DNA of 64,000 bases from Eledone cirrhosa (Eukaryota). The notes beneath the pieces are model-generated. The model saw nothing but the letters and a program-made list of their open reading frames with translations, did not search any database and was not told the origin of the DNA. This document shows positions 26,801-38,800 of the stretch, piece after piece. The stretch's first letter is position 1; each line of letters opens with the position of its first letter. Location: the NCBI GenBank assembly GCA_964016885.1, contig OZ024740.1, positions 296,918,001-296,982,000 of the forward strand, written 5' to 3'. The position numbers were made by a program, and so were the translations under genes.

Positions 26801-29800
26801 ACATTCACAAACCAACTTCCAGCATTGAGTTTAGCCAATTCAGCAAACATAAACATCGAAGCATCATCATCAACTCGGCTAGGATATATTTTGTCAATAT
26901 TTGTTGTTCGTCGTAATGTATCATCATGTAAAATGAAAGGAATTCCATCAAAACTGCAAATAAGAAAACATTGCATGTGAAATACTAATAGTATTCTATA
27001 GCCCAAAAGTTTGTAAATAATATATAAATAAAATTGTTAATTCATATATAATAAATAATATAATATATACTATGTATAAATAAATATTATATATTTTTTA
27101 TTTTACTATATTTATATATAATATACTATTATATCATCTCTACCTCCTCCAGCAGCGCCTTAGGCCCAAGCTGGGCCTTCTCAACGCTCCCTGGGAGACT
27201 GCCCACTTTGGGAACCTCTGCTATAGTCAAACCTTCTAATCATACATACTCTCTTCTAACCATACATACTCTCATGTAAATAACAGACATTTTCATTGCA
27301 TACAAGGTACAATTTATGTACATATTAACCTTTCTGATACCAAACTGTCTGAAACCAACCCTGGTTATACAATACAAAGCTGTTTATTTTATAGCATTTA
27401 TATGCATCTAAAAACCTTCCATAATAATTTTATGAAAAAAAATTGTAAGTTCCAAATATAATAATAATTGTTTTACTTTTGTGGTATAGAATGTTAATTT
27501 AACATTCTATACCACAAATTACATTTTCTTAAATTTCTTTCATGTTAGGATTTTAGCTGATCACATTCTCATAAAATATGATAGTTTAGCAAAAGGGTTA
27601 TGAGTCAATAACCAAACACTGTGGATGTACTGTATCCTTGGAAAAAGCACAGAATTCTTTTTTAACTAAATTTACTTGGCATTTAGTAATCAGAAAGGAG
27701 GTAGGTATAAAAGCCAAACTCGCTATCTTCAATTCGGCATTCATGCCATCCCTTACCTATGGTCATGAATCTTAGGGAATGACTGAAATAATACAAATCG
27801 CGAATACAAGTAGCCAAAATGGGATTTCTCCAAAGAGACTTTGGAGTAACATTACTCTATAGAGTGTGTAGCTTGGAGATCAGGTAGAGCCGCTACTTCT
27901 CCAAATTGAGAGATCATACTCTGGTACTATGGGCATGTGGTTAGAATGTCTTAGTAAAGAATCGCTGGACAGATTTTATGGGCAAAACCAACTGGCAGGA
28001 GACATGGATCAGTTGAAGACAGTTGCTTCTGATGATGATGAGGAAATGGGCTTATAGGAAACTACTTCAGTATACACTTTCTCAAATCACTGCATGAAAA
28101 TAAATCCAATGGATAATTATTTTTTGAATCCTATTACATCTAGACATCATCATCATCATAACCTCATTCTATCTACCTAACTTCCTATTTTATCTACATA
28201 TTTTACGAGTTGAAAAAATTGAATAAAAAATTATCAGAAATATGTTCAAGTTCAGAAATAGTTGAAAGAATTTACCTTTAAAAATGTCAAAAGAAATAAA
28301 ATATAACCTACCTTATTCGTACATCTGACTCAAATCCATATACACTTTGGTTCACAGCTAACTGGAATGCAACTAAAGTATTCTCAGGTGCAATCTTGCA
28401 AGAAAATAAAAAAATTGTAAAAGATTTGAATTAAAACTTGCTTAAATATAATTCAACAATAGCACATTGACAGATTTGTGGCTAAAATATCAAAGTTTCT
28501 AAAAACATTTTTATCACAAAATGTAATTACTTCCCAAAATTTAAGAATTTGCTTTCATCTTCACTAATGAATTGGACAAAAAAGGGAGAACCTTAAAATG
28601 GAGGTGAATAGCAGTTAACTTTCACAGATAATTCAATATAAAATAGTTTTAATACAACACAATAATTATTTCTACTTTTAGTTTTAATAAAATACAATAA
28701 TATACAGGATGTTTATGAAAAATATTTGAGAGCCTTTTGCTATGAATTTTTAAGGTTGTAACCAATGTCACACAGCTAACCTCAGCAAATGATGTGTCAT
28801 TTGTTGCTCCTTAGTGTTTATCATACTTTTGCTGGGGTTAAAATAAGCTAGAATCTTATGGATTTTTTTGTTTATGAATATGAGCTGATGAGGGGTTGGA
28901 AAATATCCCAAAAATTAACAGGGAGGTGGTGGATAATTATTCAAGACCCGAGAGTAGCTTATGAAATAGAAATGCTAATTAAGAAAGAAAAAAAAACACA
29001 TTAAGTTGTATTGGGAAGTGAGATTAATCGATAATTTCTATTGAAAATGTCTAAAAACATAGAAACGTTTGCAGATAATCAAACCAACATTTTTATTATA
29101 TAACTATATGGTCAGTGACCTTTTATCATTATATAACTAGTGATCTTTATTACTATTGGTGGTGTTGGTGGTGGTGGTGGTGGTGGTGGGGGGGGGGGGG
29201 GGGGGGTGATAAATTGGTAGAATCATTAGAGCAATGGACATAATGTTTATTGGCATTTGTTCCAGTTCTTTACGTTCTGAGTTCAAATACCACCAAGGTC
29301 AACTTTGTCTTTCATCCTCCCAGGATCAATAAGATAAAGTGCCAATCATGTACTGGGCTTGATGTAATCGACTTTCACCAAATTTCTAACCTAAATTAGG
29401 AACCATTATTAATGTTTATGTTGTTGACTTTTATCTCTTTTTCTTCTACTTGGTTTAATAGTGAGTTTCTCATTGACACTAATTTGTTGTTTATAAGTGT
29501 CATAATTGTTTCTACTTTTGGCACAAGGCCAGTAATTACCCAGTAATTACCCAGTGCATTACTGGTACTTTATTTTATCGACCCCATAAGGATGAAAGGC
29601 TAAATTAACCTCGGCGGGATTTGAACTCAAAACGTAATGGGCCATAACTCTATGCTGCAAATCATGGTGTCTGACACTCTACCGATATTGCCAATAATAA
29701 TTGTTTCTACTTTTGGCACAAGGCCAGCAATTACCCAGTGCATTACTGGTACTTTATTTTATCGACTCCGTAAGGATGAAAGGCAAAGTTAACCTCGGCG

Positions 29801-32800
29801 GGATTTGAACTCAGAACGCAAAGGGGCGTAACTCTATGCTGCAAAGCATGGTGTCCGACTCTTTACTGATACTGCCAAACTACCGCCCCAATTTGCCAAT
29901 AATAATGCTGTACATTCTGTATTGTGAGTTGTGCCCAGTAAGACAGTCTTTTCTAAGTTGTATACTCCATTTTAATGCTTAGACAAATGAGGAAGGGCAG
30001 TTCCCATGATCTTTCTTGGAGATCGAATTGAAAGACCAGAAAGTGGTATTAAAACAGATGGACAGATTAGGTTTAGCACCCAAGAGCAGGAATAATTCAT
30101 TTAATAGTTTTCCACATAGTTTCTATCCTTCAAATTTCACTTAAAACTTTGGATATCCAGCAGTGATGTTATTTTCTGTTTCTGTATTCCAACCACAAAG
30201 CTTACATTGTGAATTTTCATTGTTTTAAAGATTTTTGTTGTCATATTTCTTATGAGCAGAGTTTTGTCCTGTTCTATGCAACTAACTGTTTCCTCAGAAA
30301 ATCTACACTTTTCATCCAAGCAGCTGACAGTATCCTGTATATGACTTTCTGGGTCTAGAGATCTGATAAACTTGTCATATATAGTTTTATCTATCAGTGC
30401 TTTTTTGATAGAAGCCTTTAGTTACCAACCCAACCAAAACCAGACCTGGCTCTATGAAATAAAACCACACACTTCAAAGGTTTCCAATTTAAATTAAAAT
30501 CTTCCAACATAATTGTATATGAGAACCTTACATTAAGTTACTATCTTAGTAATGAAATGATTTTAGTAAATGTAGTCATGAAAGAGTTAAAAAGATAAAT
30601 CATAGAAAAGCAGAATTCACTGTTGTGGTGTTGTTTGGCCTTAGATCAGTCATGACTAAGTAGATATGTAACCAAAGGCATTTTGGCCTGTCTTTTTAGG
30701 AATATCTAGGAATATATTTAGGCATTGTGACCTTTTTTCAAACCTTTAAGGAAGATTTGGCTGTTTTCTCTAGCAGGAAAAGCAACCAAACAGAAGTGAA
30801 AATTTTATAACTGATGGGTAAAATCTGCCACATATTGACATCCTTGACCCCTTAACAATGCATAAGTAGCCAAGGGTTGGTATGCCTAAGCTAGGCAATG
30901 GAGTGAGCTCCTGTTGGCCTACAAAATAGCTCAAATAGGTTGTGTTTATCACCTCTGCTGGCCAGACTCCCTCCCATGTGTCCCTGTTATGGCACTGGCT
31001 CCACCAAATTGGGTTGGATGTGAAAGCGAGAGCAATAACCGATGCAATGCTTGGATCACACTATCCTAAAGTGCATATACTTGTGGCTGAGCACAGCTTA
31101 TGAAACCAATCACCTGAAGAAACTGCACTGAAATAAAATTACACTGAATTCCTTTGATAGAGCTGGCTCAACCCACTCTGGGTGAATGCCACCACAAGTA
31201 CAAGCAAGTAAGTAACAATGCAAAAGCTACAATATGCTCCAGCATACACTATTTATTACGAAGACACAGTTCATAGCTGAAGTACATTCACAACAAATGT
31301 GCTAAAATTAGATTCTACTCAAATTAGATTCTTTATACCAATCAACACAACATTCCTAGAAATTTACTAGCTGTGTATTGATTGAGTCACAATCAATGAA
31401 TGAGTGGTGTACTAACACAAGGAATTCATTATTTTATAAAACAAACAAAATTAAATTAAAATTAACTTTTTTAAAAACATTAAATGATTGGAAAAATACT
31501 AATTTATTAATTGATTTGCAAGTGAAGATAGTGAGAAATGCTTTATATGTGACTGTTTTAAAATTCATGAGTAGAAGAGCTGGCAGAGACAGTTGAGAAC
31601 CAAACTTGATACTTTCCAATATTCAATATTGTTCTCCGTTGCTTTGGCATCAAATCCTGCTGTGATTGTCTTTGCCTTTTATCTTGCTGAGATTTTATTA
31701 ATTCTATCTAAAGTCTAATCTCTCTAAAGTCTGTTTCTAGCCAGGAGGCTCATCAAGTCGGTGCTTACCTTGGTTTTGCAGCATTAAGTGATTGAGAGTT
31801 CAAGCCTTTCCTCCTGGACAGGATGTCAATCCATTGTAGGGATAAACCCCTAGCTATTGCTGGTACTCCTTTTCAGCTGGGTGTACTGAAGCAATGTGAA
31901 ATGTAGTGTTTTGCTCAAGAACACAACACACTACCCAGCCCAGGAATTGAACCCAGGACATTATGGTCATAAGTCCAACATCTTTACCACTAGGCCACAC
32001 ACCTCCACAATTCTATCTGGGATTATTAAAATGTGAACCAAGAAAATACTTATTGAAATAATCATTTTAAAGCTTTAACATATATTAATTTATACATACC
32101 CCTGACGCACCTCGGTGGGCAAACATTTTTGGTTTGGAAGGCAAACTATCTGCTGGTCGCACACATGGAGATTCAATAAAAAGTGGAATGACATACAGGC
32201 CAACTAATATTGCCATGTACATCACTAGAGTTAATAATTTTAAACCTAAAAAGGAAATTCAAACAAAAACAATATTAGATCATTTGATTACCTTCAGTGC
32301 CTGTGTGTATGCATGCATACACATGATCATAATCATAATTTTATATAGACATGGGTTGGGCAAAGCATTATGGTCTGAGAGAGCTCTTATCTAGATGTAT
32401 CAGACTAAATCTCACTCACTCATACTACTTTTGGCATAGTTTCTATGGCTGAATATACAATCCTAAGACAAAATACTTTACAGAGTGAAATAGGTGCATT
32501 TTATTATGACACCAAACATGAAAAAAGTTGTTGTGTATTTGATATGACAGAGGAGTCTTCTCTAACCTATCTTGTTACTGTTCAATCACAAAGCACTTTT
32601 ATCTTGTATGTGAATGTGTGTGTGTGCATGTGTGTCTATGTTTCTCTCTCACTAAACAAAATAGCAAACTTATATTTGATTCATAGAATGTTGTAGTTTG
32701 TTTGAAGCATTGTATATAATGTAGAGAATGGTATGTTTAAGAAGGCTAACATTAAATGCTGTATTACAGTCAATACGTTGCTTTTTTTCTTTCTCTTTTT

Positions 32801-35800
32801 TATTTCAGTGTAAACTTTGAATATATATTTATAATTTTATTACTGTATTTCCCGTCATCAAAGACACTATTTTTTTCATAAAATAAGTCTCAAAAATCTA
32901 CTATGCATCCTAGAGGCTGAAGGTTGCATTTCTCATAAGCATATCCTAACCCCAGAGTAAAATTATATATGCAAGACAGTAATCTGAACTTAGATTTAGA
33001 ATAAAATTTAAATTTAAAATTTAGAAACTGCTTTCAAGCGTTGTGTTTGACGTTTGCTATAGAATCCACAAGAAGAATTAGTTTGCATTTGCAGAACATT
33101 TTGGGAATAACAAAAGATTAATATACTCACGGAAACGGTCTAAAATGTACCACTGTCTTATCAAAATCCAAGTAAGAATAGTAAAGATCACAATTAGACC
33201 AACGTGAATAAACGGACCAACAATCTGGAAAAAGAATTATAAAATATTGATCTAAAACATAGTAAATATAATAGTATATCATTAAATATATCTTTAAATA
33301 TATTCACTTGTGTCATACAACCTACAGACTTATGTTTGGCAAAAATGTTCATCTTGTAAATTAGTAATATTGATCAAACTGAAACCTTAATGAACAGAGA
33401 CTCTAATAACATTGCTTCAAAAACAAAACAACATTGTTTAATATTTCTTTATTAGATCATTATCACCATCGTTTAACATCTATCTTCCACACTAGCATGG
33501 GTTAGACGGGAGTTGTCCCACTTGAGGCAAGATTGGTCGGGTGACCGTGTCTCGCTCATATAGGTCTATCTGGCAGGTTTTCTACGGCTGGATGCCATTC
33601 CTAACACCAACCACATTTACAGTGTGGAACTGGGAACTTTTTACCGTGTTACCTACACGACCACTTACAACGTGGACTGTGTGTTTTTTTGTCGTGACAC
33701 CTACACGACCACATTAGTTTGGACTGGATGTTGTAGTACCAACATAACTTTATAGAGAAAGGGTGGTGTTGGGGGGAGTGGAAGGATGGAGTAGGGGTAG
33801 TGGGTTGGGGTGTATGTTTGGTTTGGAGGGGCCTACTGACTGTAGGTTAACTTTGCATGTAGGGAAGGCGGGTCTTCTGTATTACTGCATAGCGCCAAAG
33901 ATCTCAATCCAGTGACATTGTCTTAGAGAGGTGCAAGGTTGGAATTTATCATGTCGTCCAAGGTTTTTCTAGGTCTACCTACTCCGTAACTTACATCAAT
34001 TTTGATCGCCCTGCACTTTTTTATGCACCTGTCATCTTTCAAGCGCATCACATGACCATACAAACGTAATCTTCTCTCAAGTAAACAGCATCTGATCCCT
34101 CTTATTCCTAATTTCTCACTTAGTTCATTTATATTTTGCTGTTCATGAATATTACTATTACACATATTTGATGATTTCTAAGCCTACTTATTCCTGAGAG
34201 GATTGTGGGGGCAGAGTCCTCAAACAAACCTTCCAGTGAGTTCTGTCAGAAGCAAACATTCCCAACTGATCTGGCTGGATACCCAAGGGAGACCAGCAAA
34301 GCTCAAGGATGTTATCCAACCATCTTGCTCAGGGTTTACTCCTGGGTCTCCTGCCAGTTGTTTGACCCATAAAATCTATCCAGCGATTCTTTCCTGAGAC
34401 ATTCTAACAACATGCCCATATAGTATTGAAGCTATGATCTCTCAATTCGGAGAAGCAGCGGCTCTAACTGGAGTGACTCTCTGATCACCAAACACGCACT
34501 CTATCAAGTAATGTTACTCCAAAGACCCTTCAATGGCACCCCCATTTCAGCTGCTTGTATTCACAATCATATTCTTTTGGTCATTATCCATATACGCATG
34601 TTTTATTTTTATTTTATGCCGTATTTTTTTTTCTTTTTCATTGACAAAACGTGCAGTAAGTCCCCATCTAAATTGTTCCAGCTCTCTTCTATTTCACCAT
34701 GGATAGTTTTATAATCAACTAAAATATAATTTGAAAAAAATGGAGGCACATGGCTTAGTGGTTAGAGCATTGGGCTTGCAATCAAAAGGTTGCGAGTTCA
34801 ATTCTGAGACCGGGTGATGTGTTGTTTCCTTGAGCAAGACACTATTTCACATTGCTCCAGTTTACTCAGCTGTAGAAATGAGATGATAGGACTGGGGTCT
34901 CTGTCATTCCACTGCAAAGTGGTCGTGGAAGTACCATGGCAAAAAAGCACCCAGCCCACACTATAATGTGGACATGTAGGCGCCACGGAAAAAAAGCACC
35001 CAGCACTCACTGTAAATGAGGTTGGTGTTAGGAAGGGCATCCAGCTGTAGAAATCAAGCCAGAATCAGTTCCCGTATGAGCAAGACAAGGTCAGCTGACC
35101 GGACACTGCCCACAACAGGACAACCTGTCTAACCCATGCTAGCCTGGAAGAACGGACATAAAACGGTGATGATGATGAGAATCCCAAATGCAATAAATAA
35201 TAACAGTCAGTCACTATAAATAGTTAATAAAATTGGTTAAATTACTTAGAGATGGAAAAAAGGTCTACTCATTCTGTCTCTAAAGGTAATTTACCCAATG
35301 TTCTCAACTGTTATTACAAATATTTTCTCTCTTAGGAAGTCTCATATTTTCCAATTTCAAACACCCAACATTTCAATAATTCATAAATTATCATTAAAAA
35401 CATGATAGTGACTTACTTGAAATGATAGTTTCAACATTGCCCACTCAGATGGCCAGAGAGTATTCATTGCAATTGTGAAACCAATGCAAGCCAAAAGACT
35501 AATGATTATCATTACTACATGGAATGGATGTATGTATACCTGGTGTCCAACATAGATATGACATATTGACAGACCCTGTTAAAGAACACATAAAACAGAT
35601 TGAAGTTTTGAGACAATTTAAAGTTATGACATTGGATAATAATTGTTTCTACTTTTGGCACAAGGCCAGCAATTACCCATTGGATAATAATAAAGTGAAA
35701 TTCATTCAAATCTGGCTGTAATTATATCAATGGGAAAAATATTTAATTATGCATGGCCAGGAGAAAAATTCTTCACATTTCTGATATGAATTACTTCCAA

Positions 35801-38800
35801 TGTATTACATTACTCTATATTTACTATTGTGTTTTCATGGTAAAGGCTTTATCTCACATAATATCGAAGCTTTGAGATTTTGATGTTATTTATTTTGAGA
35901 ACAATACTTTAACATTGGTATGAGTGGCAAGTTACAGCCAGTTTCAACAGAAAGAGGTGAGAGAATTCTGGCTGGATACGGCTTGTTTAAATGCTAAAGG
36001 GTTAAAGGCTAATTAGACAAACTAATTTTTTAAGTTTATCATTGAAGCAATGCTATGTGCTCCATATATATTTCCTACTCTCCCTCACACACATTCATAT
36101 ATTTTATTATGGCTAGATAGTGAGACTTGTTATTCTGGAGCTTTGCCTGTTTATCACACAATCATCAGATGATGACTCTGTGATAAAGAGGCAAAACTCC
36201 AGAGTATTAAGTCTCACTATTTAGCCATAATAATGTGAATATTAAACTACTGCAGTCCTTTCTCTCAGCTGCCAATCACATATAGGTAGATGTGTGTCTG
36301 TAAATTGATCAATAATAACCAATTTTGCATTTATGCTACACTGAATCCTTGGCTTTTTTTGTAGCTAGTTTTTCTACATTATTTCTCGGTGGATTGGCAG
36401 TATCGGTAGAGAGTCGCACACCATGCTTTGAAGCATAGAGTTACGTCCCTTTATGATCTGAGTTCAAATCCCGCCAAGGTTAACTTTTCCTTTCATCCTT
36501 ACGGGGTCGATAAAATAAAGTACCAGTAATGTACTGGGTAATTGCCGGCCTTGTGCCTAAAATAGAAACAATTATTTTTGTAAAATGGCGGTGGATTGGC
36601 AGTATCGATAAAGGGTCGGATGCCATGCTTTCCAGCAAAGAGTTACGGCCCTTTATGGTCTGAGTTCAAATCCTGTCGAGGTTAACTTTGTCTTTCATCC
36701 TTACGGGATCAATAAAATAAAGTACCAGTAATACACTTGGATAATTGCTGGCCTTGTGCCAAAAGTAGAAACAATTATTTCTGTAAAATGGAAAGTTTAA
36801 AGTCAAATTAAAAACAACTTACCACTAAAATTGCAAAATACCCAAACACAACCCCAGTTATAGACAGCATTATTGTATACCATGGTATATGTTTCAATTT
36901 GAATGCTACTGTAAAATACCTAAAAAAAAAACATTGAGAAGAAAATTTGTTAAATATTTTCGATATGTTAAAATATAAATCCATTCGCAGTTATATTTTT
37001 AAAGATTGTGTTAAATACTACTCAACCAGTTTTACCTCTAAACACTAACTTACAATGATTCATATTGAATTTAAATTGACTACACCTAAGTCTAGGCAAC
37101 ACAAGCAAAACCAACATCACTATAATAACCAACATTACTATAATAACTAAATCCCCATTAACATCATCACTATCAACAACATTAAGATGGTGAAGCACTG
37201 GGTTCAATTGTTTTCTATATTTAGTTTTATCCCTCTGTGTTCTGAGATCAATTTTTAGTAAACAAAGAAAAAATGTTCACCCATTAAAGAAAAAAGACAA
37301 AATAATCAATAATATTCAGAAAAAAATTGATAAGATGTTCTATATTATTTTGATTATATAAAACAAAAATAATCTGTTTCAGTAATAAATTTATATTTAT
37401 AAATTTTTCAGTACAAAAATGTGACATTACAAGACGTGACGGCAGGGGTTTTACATAAAAATCATATAACTTTAACATTAATAAATAACAATAAACTATA
37501 TATAATAAAATAACAATTGAAATCCCCAATAGGAGGGAACGTTACTGCAGGGTTGTTTTACACCCTGTGGATAGAATAACCCTCAACACCAGAAACACGT
37601 CTTGTAGGTGTTCCCGTCTTCCCTTTGTTCATCTTCCTCAATATCAGATCTGAAAGAAACCCATGTGCGTTTAACCCAAAACACATAGAAGTATGATTTA
37701 TCTTTCTGATCTGTACTTCGAATTGTTATTTATTATAATGTGTGGAGAATAAACTATAATGTACAGGAGAGAAGACTGTGTTGGTTTGGCAATGTGATGC
37801 GCATGGAAGATAACTGCTGGGTGAAGAAGTGCCAAGAAATCCCAGTGGAAGGAATATGCAGTAGAGGAAGACCACAAAAAACATGGATGGAGTTGGATGA
37901 AGCTCACAGAGGAGATGATGAAGGACCGTGATGAATGGAGAGATGCCGTGCTGAAGAGGGCTCGTCCCACCCTTGCAAGCAAAGAAAAGCGGACATAAAA
38001 TGATGATGATGATGATGGGGAAAGAGAAGACAGGGCAGATAGAGGAAGTGGACAGGAAAGAACTTTTCCACAACCCAAGCACTCGCCCATGACCTGTAAA
38101 GATGGAGGGAGTTGGTGTAGTGTCCAAACAACCCTGAAAAGGGTTAAGGGACCACGATGATGATGATAATGTGAGAAGTTAGTGAAAACAAAAGGTCTCA
38201 GAAATGTATTGCTTCTGTGAACAATATTGTGAACTCTTTTGTGTCCATAGACAATGAATAAAAAGGCAAAAAAAAAATGAAGGCAGATAGTGTCATGTAG
38301 GTGTCATGATAATAAGTGCCCAGCCCTCACTGTAAAGTGGTCATGAAGGTGTCATGATAATAAGTGCCCAACCCACACTGTAAAGTGCTTGTGAAGGTGT
38401 CGTGACAAAAAGCACCCAGCCCACACTGTAAATTGTTCATGTATGTGACATGACAAAAGCGCCCAGCCCACACTGTAAATTGTTCATGTATGTGACATGA
38501 CAAAAGCACCTAGCCTACACTGTAAAATGATCATGCAAACAGAAAAAATGGACATTAAATGATGATGATGATGATTTCTCACAGTGGTATCCCAGTTTTT
38601 AGAATATGTGCAATATATTCCTACATGTCAGAAGAAGCAAAAAGTTGTATTAAGGAGGGTACGAAGTCTCAAAACAGTGCCTCCAAAATTCCCATTCAAT
38701 CTATGCCAACATGGAAAATCAGATGATGATGACACAAATGATAGATTGACAGAAATGTTTGTGTATTATTTAACCCTTATCATTTAAACTGGGTATATCC

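Noticed and set aside
28880-28925. CTGATGA-GGGG...TCCC-AAAA hammerhead-like string
   Set aside because: Lacks G12 and stems I and III, and the downstream part is the terminus of the TACTCTC MITE.
38290-38530. Regular repeats resembling a CRISPR array
   Set aside because: Units are contiguous ~47-nt tandem copies with no unique spacers, derive from the RTE 3' UTR, and the context is eukaryotic with no cas genes.
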